Below are positions 30,638-39,886 of a DNA stretch of 64,000 nucleotides, piece by piece. Every line of letters starts with the position of its first letter. Positions within the stretch are counted from its first letter, which is position 1. The DNA comes from Spirochaetia bacterium. Its GTDB lineage: Bacteria > Spirochaetota > Spirochaetia > CAKZLE01. A program made the translations under genes and the position numbers. A model generated the notes under the pieces. That model had not been told where the DNA came from, did not search any database, and saw nothing but the letters and a program-made list of their open reading frames with translations. The stretch spans positions 3,040,001 through 3,104,000 of the forward strand of contig OY782041.1 in assembly GCA_963677595.1 (NCBI GenBank), given 5' to 3'.

Positions 30638-31730
30638 CATATACGCCCCGGTCGATGTCCTGGGGTTTATGGCTGGATATTCTCTGCATGACCTATATCT
30701 GGATCCAGAAGCCTGTATTGATTCATATGAGACGGGGAAACCGCGGTTACAGGAGTTGTGTGGTTCCTTAGAGATCAGCATGCCCCTGACAACCCCAGTA
30801 ATCAAGTACGGCCATATGCATGAACTAGGGGTACCTCTGTTGTTCCCCGCAGATGGACAAGTAGCACCGGACCACCTTCATCTCTCTATAGACACGGTCT
30901 TTGACTTTCTCACAGCTTCTGAGTTCCAGCAGAAAAGTGCTTTCACCAGGGAATTATCCCAAAAGCAGATTGCTTACCTGAAGAGAGTGCGCAATCACTT
31001 TGGAGAATATGTATCATGGGGATGGCAATGGGAAGGTCCCTTGACAACGGCATGGGGTTTGCTGGGATCAGATTTCTTTACCGGGTTTTATGATTACCCT
31101 GCGGAGATGCGCATGCTTTTGGAGAAGATCGCAGAGAGCCTCTCAGTGTATATTCATTGTTACGAAGCGGTAGATGGGACCGTTCCCGCTTCACCGTTTC
31201 CGGATTATGGACGGGTGTGTGATGACCTGTCGGCAATGGTCTCCCCTGAGTTCTGGGAAGATTTCGTGAATCCTTCATGGCTCTCCTGTTTTATGAAGGC
31301 ATTGCCGGGCAAGAAAGTACACTGTGAAGGACTTACAACTTCCCATCTGCCGTATCTCAAGAGCATCGAGATCCAAGATTATGATCCTGGGATCTCACCG
31401 AAACTGAACCCTGAGCTCATTCATGATACGGTACCGGAATTGCCTTTCAATTGGCGACTGGGATCGTTTCACTATCCAGATATGAGTGATTATGACATCG
31501 AACAGTTCGTGTATCATGCAGCTGCTGCCGGAGCTAAGAGTGTTTTCACATTCTTCGAGCCTAATATGTGTGAGCAAGAGACTGTACAGAAAGTTACTGT
31601 ATTTGACTTCGCAGCACGTAGAGTAGAATCAGCTTTACAGGGTACTCATGGGAAGCAGGAAGTTAGGGAAAGGCTGCAGGCTTACATTGATGATGCTTGG
31701 AGCTGGAAAGACTGGAATGGGTTTTTCTAA
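30612..31730 (+). CDS. Uroporphyrinogen-decarboxylase/MtaA-like TIM-barrel protein
   Basis: GPLTTAWGLLG, CDDLSAMVSPEFWEDFVNP, VHCEG. Confidence 0.6.
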   Translation: MKERRFQHNIYAPVDVLGFMAGYSLHDLYLDPEACIDSYETGKPRLQELCGSLEISMPLTTPVIKYGHMHELGVPLLFPADGQVAPDHLHLSIDTVFDFLTASEFQQKSAFTRELSQKQIAYLKRVRNHFGEYVSWGWQWEGPLTTAWGLLGSDFFTGFYDYPAEMRMLLEKIAESLSVYIHCYEAVDGTVPASPFPDYGRVCDDLSAMVSPEFWEDFVNPSWLSCFMKALPGKKVHCEGLTTSHLPYLKSIEIQDYDPGISPKLNPELIHDTVPELPFNWRLGSFHYPDMSDYDIEQFVYHAAAAGAKSVFTFFEPNMCEQETVQKVTVFDFAARRVESALQGTHGKQEVRERLQAYIDDAWSWKDWNGFF

Positions 31731-31768
31731 TGATATTACAGATGTTTAACGACGGTAGGAGTGAGTAA

Positions 31769-33070
31769 ATGGAAAAATTAGCAATTCTAGGCGGTACCCC
31801 GGTACTACAGGGGGAGAATGAGGAGTTATTCAATTGGCCGATTGTCACGGAGGAGGATGAACGGGCCGTTCTGGATGTCCTCCACGGCCGATCTATGAGC
31901 GGGACTGAAATCACAAAAGAGTTCGAGAAGGATATGGCCCAGTGGTTAGGGGTTGAATATGCCCTGGGATTCTGTAATGGGACTTCCGGTATTCTCAGTG
32001 CGCTATGGTCCTGCGGTGTCGGTGCAGGAGATGAGGTCATCTGTCCAAGTATGACGTACTGGGCAAGTGCAGCTCCTGTTTTGACTCTTGGAGCCGCAGT
32101 GAACTTCGCGGATATTCTCCCGGATACACTATGCATTGATCCTGACGATATTGAACACAGGATTGGACCAAGGACGAAAGTTATCATTGTTGTTCATTAT
32201 GCGGGCTGCCCCTGTGATATGGATCGGATTATGCCCATCGCTAAGAAGCATGGTCTAAAAGTGATTGAGGATGCTTCACACGCCCAGGGTTCTTTATACC
32301 ATGGTAGGCCATGCGGTACGCTGGCTGACGCAGCTGTCATGAGCCTCATGACAGCCAAGAGTTTTGCTATTGGGGAAGCAGGTATGCTGTTCACAGACAA
32401 TCGTGAGATATTTGAACACGCTATTTCCTATGGCTTCTATGAGCGTACAGGAGCCTCCTCTGAATTCTTCAAAGCTGATAACCAGCTCAGCATACCTGAA
32501 CTGAAAAAGTTTTCAGGGATCCCCCTTGGCGGCTTCAAGCACAGGATGCACCAGATGAGCAGTGCGGTAGGAAGAGTTCAGCTGAGATCCTATGATAGTA
32601 GGATCAAGGAGATTGATGCCGCCATGAACTACTTCTGGGACGGTCTCTCTTCTATAGATTGTCTGAAGCCGCATAGAGCAGATAGCCGTGAGGGATCCAC
32701 TACCGGAGGCTGGTATTATGCCATGGGAATCTTTGACCATAAAAAGTACCCGAAAGGAACCCTGAGAAAAATCTGTCATGCGCTGCAGAAAGAAGGGGTT
32801 ACGGTAAGTGCCCCGTGCAAGAATACTGCGTTGCATCTCCATCCAGTCTTTCAGGAACTGGATCTATTCAGGCTGGGGACACCCACAATGGTGAGCTTCA
32901 CGGAACGGGATGTACGCCAGGGTCCGGGATCTTTACCTAATGCAGAGCAGGTAGGTGAATATGCTTTCTCTGTACCCTGGTTCAAACATGCAGATACAGC
33001 AGAAATTGATAAGTATGTTCATGCTTTCAAAAAAGTATTCAGTCAGCTCGATCAAATCATCAAGGATTAA
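31769..33070 (+). CDS. DegT/DnrJ/EryC1/StrS PLP-dependent sugar aminotransferase
   Basis: GVGAGDEVI, VHYAG.PCDMD, IEDASHAQG, SLMTAKSFAIGEAG (catalytic Lys). Confidence 0.92.
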   Translation: MEKLAILGGTPVLQGENEELFNWPIVTEEDERAVLDVLHGRSMSGTEITKEFEKDMAQWLGVEYALGFCNGTSGILSALWSCGVGAGDEVICPSMTYWASAAPVLTLGAAVNFADILPDTLCIDPDDIEHRIGPRTKVIIVVHYAGCPCDMDRIMPIAKKHGLKVIEDASHAQGSLYHGRPCGTLADAAVMSLMTAKSFAIGEAGMLFTDNREIFEHAISYGFYERTGASSEFFKADNQLSIPELKKFSGIPLGGFKHRMHQMSSAVGRVQLRSYDSRIKEIDAAMNYFWDGLSSIDCLKPHRADSREGSTTGGWYYAMGIFDHKKYPKGTLRKICHALQKEGVTVSAPCKNTALHLHPVFQELDLFRLGTPTMVSFTERDVRQGPGSLPNAEQVGEYAFSVPWFKHADTAEIDKYVHAFKKVFSQLDQIIKD

Positions 33071-33072
33071 TC

Positions 33073-33837
33073 ATGGAAACAGCAGTATTCGGAAGATTGG
33101 AAGTAATTAAAGAAGAGACCAGGGGCACTATGGGGAAGAGGGCAGCTGCCCTTGCTGCGGAGCTTATTCAGGAAATTGCTGAAAAGCAACCGTTTGTCCA
33201 TATGGTGTTTGCGGCAGCCCCCTCCCAGGATGAGCTTCTCTTTGAATTATGCAAAAGAACTGATATCCCCTGGGATAGAGTTATAGCGATGCACATGGAT
33301 GAATATATAGGGCTTGCAAGTGATGCTCCGCAAAGGTTCGCTCGGTACCTGAAAGATCACATATTCTCGAAAGTGGAGATGTACAACGTAGAGTATATCA
33401 ATTCAACCGCTGAGGACATCGAAGCTGAGAGGCAGAGGTACAGCCGGCTTCTTTCAGAGTACCCGGTTGATATCGTATGCCTGGGGGTGGGGGAGAATGG
33501 TCACATCGCGTTTAACGATCCCTCCTTTGCTGATTTCAATGATCCTGAAATGGTAAGGGATATCTCCCTCGATATCGAATCACGGGTCCAGCAAGTCAAC
33601 GACGGCTGTTTCCCTGAATTATCCGCAGTCCCGGAGAGGGCTATCACTCTCACCATACCCGCGTTGATGGCGGCAAAGCACATGGTGTGTGTCGTTCCTG
33701 GCGAGAGGAAGGCCAATGCCGTACATGATATGCTCTATGGACCGATCTCTACAAGCTGTCCGGCGTCAATTCTGCGGGATCATCCGAGCGCTGTCCTGTT
33801 CCTTGATGAAGACAGCTCGGCGCAGGTGTCCTTCTAA
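33073..33837 (+). CDS. nagB: Glucosamine-6-phosphate deaminase family protein (second paralogue)
   Basis: FAAAPSQ, HMDEY, GVGENGHIAFNDP, CPASILR. Confidence 0.8.
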   Translation: METAVFGRLEVIKEETRGTMGKRAAALAAELIQEIAEKQPFVHMVFAAAPSQDELLFELCKRTDIPWDRVIAMHMDEYIGLASDAPQRFARYLKDHIFSKVEMYNVEYINSTAEDIEAERQRYSRLLSEYPVDIVCLGVGENGHIAFNDPSFADFNDPEMVRDISLDIESRVQQVNDGCFPELSAVPERAITLTIPALMAAKHMVCVVPGERKANAVHDMLYGPISTSCPASILRDHPSAVLFLDEDSSAQVSF

Positions 33838-33952
33838 GAGTACCGATAGAACCCGCATAGTTTAGCCCTTTGCCCCCTGAAGTTCATGCTGAAGGGGGTT
33901 TTTTATATCCTTGAAAGATTAGCATCTCTATAGAATCACGATGAGAGGCAGC

Positions 33953-33992
33953 AAAAAAATGGGGCTGATGCAGCGTATCCTGCACCAGCCCC
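33953..33992 (-). terminator. Intrinsic terminator of the gnd operon
   Basis: GGGGCTGATGCAG / CTGCACCAGCCCC stem with an A7 tract that reads as a U tract on the - strand. Confidence 0.65.
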
Positions 33993-34015
33993 GAATTGGA
34001 GGAAATGAGAAGAAG

Positions 34016-35479
34016 TTATATATCGTAGGTCCCGGAGGTTACATCCCCCCCGGTCCCTGTCCAGTTTGTATGGTAGAACTGGCCGCGGGGCTTATCTATC
34101 CGTTCATAGGTATGTGCGCCAAAATAGTCCCGTTGAGCCTGGAGGAGGTTGGCAGGAAGTCTCTCTGACCTGAACCCGTCATAGAACGCCAAGGCAGAAG
34201 AGGTTGAGGGCATGGGAATCCCCCACTCGATAGCCTTCATCACCACGCGGCGCCAGGAATCCTGGGCTCGCTCAATTGCATCATTGAAATAGGGGTTCAG
34301 TAGGATATTCGTCAATTCCGGTTCTTGATCGAATGCTTCCTTTATCTTCTGCAGGAAGGCACTTCGTATGATGCAGCCGCCCCGCCACATGAGAGCGATA
34401 GGGCCGTATTGCAGATTCCAGGAAGATTCGTTTGAGGCTTCCCGCAGGAGCATAAAACCTTGGGCATAGGAGATGATCTTGGAAGCAAACAGAGCCTGCT
34501 TTACATCATCGACCCACGCTTGAATTTCGGATTCCTGGGGTGCTTTTGGGGCTGGCCCTGAGAGTATGGTAGAGGCATGCACCCTTTCGTCTTTCAGGGC
34601 TGAGAGGCACCGGGCAAATACAGCCTCACCTATGAGGGTTACAGGTATCCCAAGCTGCAGGGAACTGATCCCGGTCCATTTCCCTGTGCCTTTCTGGCCT
34701 GCGGTATCAAGGATCTTGTCCAAGACTGGTGTCCCGTCCGTATCTTTCTTTCCCATGATGTGCTGTGTGATCTCTATCAGGTAACTGTCAAGTTCACTTC
34801 TATTCCATGCTGCGAAGATGGATTCCATCGCATCGGTTGATAACCCGAGTCCTTCCCGTAAGAACTGATATGCTTCGCAGATGATTTGCATATCCCCATA
34901 TTCGATACCGTTATGCACCATCTTCACATAATGTCCGGCCCCGTTTGTACCGACCCAGTCACAACAGACTTCCCCATTATCAGTCTTCGCAGCTATGGAT
35001 TGAAGGATTGGTTTTACGGAATCCCAGGCTCTGACATTTCCCCCAGGCATGATCGACGGGCCGATCCTTGCCCCTTCTTCGCCACCGGATATGCCGGTAC
35101 CGATATATAGGATGCCTTGTTGCGCAAGATCGATAGAACGTCTCTCAGTATCGGCAAAGTGTGAGTTCCCTCCATCGATGATGATATCCCCCTTATGGAG
35201 CAGAGGGAGCAAAGAGGAGATAAACTGGTCAACGACATCCCCTGCTTTGACCATAAGCATTATCTTCTTGGGGGATTCCAGCAGCCCCACGAACTCCTCA
35301 AGAGAATCGGCTCCCATTATCGTGTCACGCCCTTTGGCGGGTCCTGATATGAAATCATCCTTTTTCTTCTGTGTCCTGTTGTATACTGCAACAGAATACC
35401 CATGGTCGTTCATGTTCAACACAAGGTTCTGTCCCATGACTGCCAAACCAATCAAACCGATATCAGCTTTCTTTGTCAT
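34016..35479 (-). CDS. gnd: 6-phosphogluconate dehydrogenase, decarboxylating (NADP)
   Basis: IGLAVMGQNL, IIDGGNS, VKMVHNGIEYGDMQ, QAQRDYFGAHTYER. Start at MTKK after AAGGAG. Confidence 0.97.
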   Translation of the reverse strand: MTKKADIGLIGLAVMGQNLVLNMNDHGYSVAVYNRTQKKKDDFISGPAKGRDTIMGADSLEEFVGLLESPKKIMLMVKAGDVVDQFISSLLPLLHKGDIIIDGGNSHFADTERRSIDLAQQGILYIGTGISGGEEGARIGPSIMPGGNVRAWDSVKPILQSIAAKTDNGEVCCDWVGTNGAGHYVKMVHNGIEYGDMQIICEAYQFLREGLGLSTDAMESIFAAWNRSELDSYLIEITQHIMGKKDTDGTPVLDKILDTAGQKGTGKWTGISSLQLGIPVTLIGEAVFARCLSALKDERVHASTILSGPAPKAPQESEIQAWVDDVKQALFASKIISYAQGFMLLREASNESSWNLQYGPIALMWRGGCIIRSAFLQKIKEAFDQEPELTNILLNPYFNDAIERAQDSWRRVVMKAIEWGIPMPSTSSALAFYDGFRSERLPANLLQAQRDYFGAHTYERIDKPRGQFYHTNWTGTGGDVTSGTYDI

Positions 35480-35492
35480 CTTGTTCTCCTTT

Positions 35493-36779
35493 TTAAAACT
35501 GGTCAGAATCAAGGGCCCATAACCCTAGTCCCGGATTTGAGATATAATAGATTTCTTCATCATCAACAGTGTTATACCCGTTGTGAAGGGTCTTGGGATC
35601 ATACTTCTTCAGGTATTCTTTCAGATCCCCGTATAAAAATCCTGCTTTCGTAATCTCTTCCTCAGTCAAATACCCCGGGCAGTACCTGATCTTGAAACGA
35701 CCCTCGCTTGACCCATGGATCAAGTGGGCTGCTGTCGCCAGATTGTTTCCCAGGTCCTCATGGTGTTTCATGTACTGCAGGATGGTATCTGTTCCCACAT
35801 AGCCATAGATCCTGATCAGTCCGTCTATCTCCGGGTCTTCCCCGAACTGGGAAATATTTGGGCCCAGTATGATTAGCTCGCCACCGGATGCGATTGCTTT
35901 TCTGGTGCGGTAGATGCTCTTATTTCCCAGCCAGGTACTCCTGTATTCATGCGGATCAAGGTATACCACGACTTTTCTCAGGGGTTTTTTGACTTTCGTA
36001 ATATTAAGCCTGGCTGACAGCTCTGCTGCTTGCTCGAAGCATGCTCGATCATCACCGGCAAAGACTCCGCGTATTCTGGGGGTTCCCTGACCATCAGGAG
36101 CTATCACGGTTTGTATGAATAGCATGGGTAAATCCTTAGCATAGGTCTTCCACCCGATGTCAAACAGAGCACGGACTGAAGTATCCACTCTCCCCATGAT
36201 ACTTTCTGTACCCGTGACAGCACCGAGAAAATGGGATTTGTGTATAGCTTCAGCCCCGCCGGTCCCGACGAAGATGTTCTTTGTGTGGTTTGCCATCCCC
36301 ACAACTTCATGAGGCACTACCTGGCCGATTGATAGTATCAGGTCAAATCCCCCATCCTGGATGATGTTGTTCATCTGGACGGGAAATCGATAGGACAGCT
36401 TCCCTCCAGAAAGTTCCTGAATGGTCCGAGAGCCTATATACCCCAGTGTCTTAACATCCCGTTTCCAGTTATGGGTGATGAACAACTCAGGAGGGACACC
36501 TGGGAACATCTCATCAAGTTCGCTTGGGGTCATGGGTATGTGGGTTCCTATGGCTGGAAGAATCCCTTTGATTGCCTCTTTGTAGTAGTCATAGGCAATC
36601 TTAGTGATTTTGCCGGCTTGTGAATGGATCCGGGTGATGTCTGGTGGAATGATCAGCACTCTGGATCGTGTGCTGAAGCGATTGAGCAGATCAATGATGA
36701 ATTCTGACACAATGCTTGAAGATAACCCTGAAGAATCTGCTGTAGTTCTGGAAATTGTCATAATACCATATCCTCCCAT
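35493..36779 (-). CDS. LarA (lactate racemase) superfamily protein, probable sugar-acid epimerase
   Basis: PPDITRIHS, AIGTH, VVPHEVVGMANHTKN, TWLGNK motifs of the DUF2088/LarA N-domain. Confidence 0.75.
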   Translation of the reverse strand: MGGYGIMTISRTTADSSGLSSSIVSEFIIDLLNRFSTRSRVLIIPPDITRIHSQAGKITKIAYDYYKEAIKGILPAIGTHIPMTPSELDEMFPGVPPELFITHNWKRDVKTLGYIGSRTIQELSGGKLSYRFPVQMNNIIQDGGFDLILSIGQVVPHEVVGMANHTKNIFVGTGGAEAIHKSHFLGAVTGTESIMGRVDTSVRALFDIGWKTYAKDLPMLFIQTVIAPDGQGTPRIRGVFAGDDRACFEQAAELSARLNITKVKKPLRKVVVYLDPHEYRSTWLGNKSIYRTRKAIASGGELIILGPNISQFGEDPEIDGLIRIYGYVGTDTILQYMKHHEDLGNNLATAAHLIHGSSEGRFKIRYCPGYLTEEEITKAGFLYGDLKEYLKKYDPKTLHNGYNTVDDEEIYYISNPGLGLWALDSDQF

Positions 36780-37636
36780 TGAGGTTGTTCAGGGAGTTCC
36801 TTGAGGAATTCTGCCGTCAGTTGTTCTTGGTACACGCCCCTGAACGTACCGTTTTTCAGCTTATCGATGCCTTCAGAGAACAATCTCTCCCAGGATTGTT
36901 CCTCGCTGCCTGGTGTGATGGGGAAGAATAAGGCCCCGTTTGCCTTTGCGGCATGTAAGTCACCCGGGGCATCACCGATCATGAGTATCTTGTCATCTGC
37001 ATATTTCCCGGATGCAGCAATCCTGATATGCTGCTCTTTGGTTCCCATCTCCTGTCCAGCGATTGCCTGAACTAAGGTATCGATACCGTGTTCCTCCCAT
37101 TCCCTTGCCAATGCTTCGTAGGGGGTTTGCGATACCACCAGGCAGTCGGCGAAAGATGCGAACGACTTTAGACTCTCATTGACCCAGGGGAATGGAGGGA
37201 TGTGGTGAACGACTCTCTTGATCACTGTGTTGCTGGTTGTTGAGTAGTCGTAGACCCGTTCGAGTTCTGATGAACTGTCAGATTCCAGTCTCTTTTTCAG
37301 GGCAGGATTCCCAAGCTGTGTTTCCTCGTTAACCCAGTTCTTTAGATGCTCCATCGCAGGCGGGTCGATACCCCGTTTTTTCACAGATTCCCTTTTCCTT
37401 AATAAATCCATGGTCCTGATGATTGCCTTGAACCGGTTACAGCCCCTGCTGCTTGAATAGAGATTGACGAATTCCCAAGTCTGCCGGGCATATCGCGATA
37501 TTGCCTGGAGCTCAAACTTCTCGATGAACGTTGGACAAAAGCACTCCTTCTGCTTTATCTCCATAGTGTCAAAAACACATCCGTCTGAGTCGATTCCTAT
37601 AAAAAACTCGTGCTCTTTTGTGAAATGGATCTTCAT
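36758..37636 (-). CDS. HAD family hydrolase/phosphatase
   Basis: GIDSDGCVFD motif I; MIGDAPGD motif IV. Confidence 0.88.
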   Translation of the reverse strand: MKIHFTKEHEFFIGIDSDGCVFDTMEIKQKECFCPTFIEKFELQAISRYARQTWEFVNLYSSSRGCNRFKAIIRTMDLLRKRESVKKRGIDPPAMEHLKNWVNEETQLGNPALKKRLESDSSSELERVYDYSTTSNTVIKRVVHHIPPFPWVNESLKSFASFADCLVVSQTPYEALAREWEEHGIDTLVQAIAGQEMGTKEQHIRIAASGKYADDKILMIGDAPGDLHAAKANGALFFPITPGSEEQSWERLFSEGIDKLKNGTFRGVYQEQLTAEFLKELPEQPQWEDMVL

Positions 37637-37655
37637 GCATTCCTCGTTGAAAGTA

Positions 37656-37674
37656 TTACGAAAAGTTACGAAAA
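37656..37674. promoter_or_regulatory. Tandem TTACGAAAA direct repeat, candidate DeoR operator
   Basis: Two copies with 10-bp period in the divergent intergenic region; related TAACGAAAG just before the DeoR start. Confidence 0.45.
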
Positions 37675-37866
37675 ATAAAAGCTATACAAAATTATTAGCA
37701 TAGTTTCTTGGATGAGTCAATAAATATTGTTGTATGTTATTAAATAACAAAATTATATTAATTTGATATAAAATAAAGAGTAGAGATTGCTTATGTAAAA
37801 AGTAATGCTGCTGTTGACAATTATGAAAACGGAAGATATCCTGTTCTGTAGAAAGGTAACGAAAGT

Positions 37867-38622
37867 ATGGGCTATATAGTTAGACATGAAGAGATTTTGA
37901 AAATTCTATCAGTAATGAGGTATATCACGGTACATAATCTGGCTCAGCGGCTGCAGGTATCAGAAGTCACTATACGGAAAGACCTGACAACCCTTGAGAG
38001 TATGGGGGCACTGATCAGGACCCGCGGAGGGGCCCGGAGTGCTGAGGACTATCGAATCATCAAGAATATCGATCAGCGGCAATCAGAGAACCTGAATGTG
38101 AAAAAGGCTATAGCGAGAAGAGCTGCTGAGATGGTGTCTGACGGGGCGACGATCTATATCGACGCCGGGACGACGTGCAGGCTTTTCGCCCAGGAAATCC
38201 TCGACAAGAATCTTCGTGTTGTGACATGTTCTATCGATGTGATGGTCATCCTGTCTCAATCAGATACGATTGCATTCTATGCGCTTGGAGGGTCCTACCG
38301 TAAAGAGTCAGGATCATTCATTGGGCCGTTGGCGAGTAATAACATCAGGAAGTTCCAGTTTGACACGTGTTTCATGGGAGCTACGGGATTCTCGGCAGAC
38401 GGGGTATTCTCCTCTCAGAACATCATAGAGTCCGAGCTGAAGGAGAAAGTCATTCAGGCCGCTTCCCGATGTATAGTGTTAGCTGATTCCCAGAAATTCG
38501 GTATTGAAGCATTCACGGTCTTCGCCCGTGCTGAACAGGTTGACCTCCTCATAACTGATGACCAATTTACCAGCTCTAAACAGTATGAGCAGATTGGCAT
38601 AGAAGTAATCAAGGTTTCTTAA
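37867..38622 (+). CDS. DeoR/GlpR family regulator
   Basis: VSEVTIRKDL..LE..G.LIRTRGGA, IDAGTT, LADSQKF. Confidence 0.95.
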   Translation: MGYIVRHEEILKILSVMRYITVHNLAQRLQVSEVTIRKDLTTLESMGALIRTRGGARSAEDYRIIKNIDQRQSENLNVKKAIARRAAEMVSDGATIYIDAGTTCRLFAQEILDKNLRVVTCSIDVMVILSQSDTIAFYALGGSYRKESGSFIGPLASNNIRKFQFDTCFMGATGFSADGVFSSQNIIESELKEKVIQAASRCIVLADSQKFGIEAFTVFARAEQVDLLITDDQFTSSKQYEQIGIEVIKVS

Positions 38623-38656
38623 AATAACGAATAACTTTAGTTTTAAGGAATGAAAC

Positions 38657-39886
38657 ATGAATAATTGTATTATCGCCCAGAGTGGAGGGCCAACGGCTGT
38701 AATTAATTCGAGCGCCTGCGGGGTGATCCAGGCAGCCCTTTCAAGCGTCATGATCGATCGTGTGTTTGGAGCTCATAATGGGATCCTAGGGGTGTTGAAC
38801 GAAGATCTGTTCGATCTCAGCAAGGAGGATCCTGCCGTGATTGAAGCCATGAGGACAACCCCTGCGGCAGCCTTGGGGTCCTGTAGGTATAAGATCAAGA
38901 ATGAGGAAGACTACCAGAGGATCGTTGATGTGTTCAGGAAATACGAAGTTGGGTATTTCTTCTACATCGGCGGCAATGATTCGATGGATACTGCTGATAA
39001 GGTGGAGAAACTTGCGAAGGCACAGGGATTTCCTCTTGTCTGTATCGGGGTCCCGAAGACCATCGATAATGACCTTGCGTGTACTGACCACTGTCCCGGT
39101 TATGGCTCCGTGATCAAATATCTGGCGACTGTAGTCATGGAAGCCGGACGTGACACAGAAGCCCTCTATACAACTGACACCGTAAATATCATTGAGACCA
39201 TGGGCAGGAATACCGGCTGGATAGCAGCGGGAACCGCTTTGGCAAAACGGACCGCAGAGGATGCCCCTCATATTATCCTGCTGCCGGAAGTCCCGTTTGA
39301 CGAGGAATCTTTCTGTACACGTGTGCGTTATTTCCTGGATAACCTTGGCCGATGTGTGATTGTTGTATCTGAAGGTACCCAGTATGCGGACGGGACGTAT
39401 ATCGCTGAGCAGAAGGGTGAGTTTGCAAGCGATTCTTTCGGACATGTCCAGCTGGGAGGGGCGGCAACGGTAATCAAGCATATTGTTGAGAATTCAGTCG
39501 GGGTGAAAGCCCGCTTTTCAATCCCATCTACTATACAGAGAGCAGGGGCGCATTGGGCTTCCTCAGTCGATGCGAATGAAGCCTATGCCGTCGGTAAGCA
39601 AGCTGTGAAACTGGCGGAAGCAGGGATTTCCGGGGTGATGGTCACGCTGGGAAGGACCGATACCGACCAGCCCCAGACCATATTGGGAACCGCAGCGTTG
39701 TCAGATGTGGCAAATGGGGAGAAGCTGTTTCCGAAAGAATGGATTTCTGAGGACGGCTTTTTCGTCACGAAACAATTCATAGAATATGCAAAACCGCTGA
39801 TACAGGGAGAATCCATCCCGAAGATGGAAGATGGGCTACCTGTATTCATGAGATTCAAACGTCATCCCCTGGGATTGGAGGCCTGA
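38657..39886 (+). CDS. pfp: Phosphofructokinase, probably PPi-dependent
   Basis: QSGGPTAVIN, GGNDS (Asp at the donor-specificity position), PKTIDND, MGR. Confidence 0.85.
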   Translation: MNNCIIAQSGGPTAVINSSACGVIQAALSSVMIDRVFGAHNGILGVLNEDLFDLSKEDPAVIEAMRTTPAAALGSCRYKIKNEEDYQRIVDVFRKYEVGYFFYIGGNDSMDTADKVEKLAKAQGFPLVCIGVPKTIDNDLACTDHCPGYGSVIKYLATVVMEAGRDTEALYTTDTVNIIETMGRNTGWIAAGTALAKRTAEDAPHIILLPEVPFDEESFCTRVRYFLDNLGRCVIVVSEGTQYADGTYIAEQKGEFASDSFGHVQLGGAATVIKHIVENSVGVKARFSIPSTIQRAGAHWASSVDANEAYAVGKQAVKLAEAGISGVMVTLGRTDTDQPQTILGTAALSDVANGEKLFPKEWISEDGFFVTKQFIEYAKPLIQGESIPKMEDGLPVFMRFKRHPLGLEA

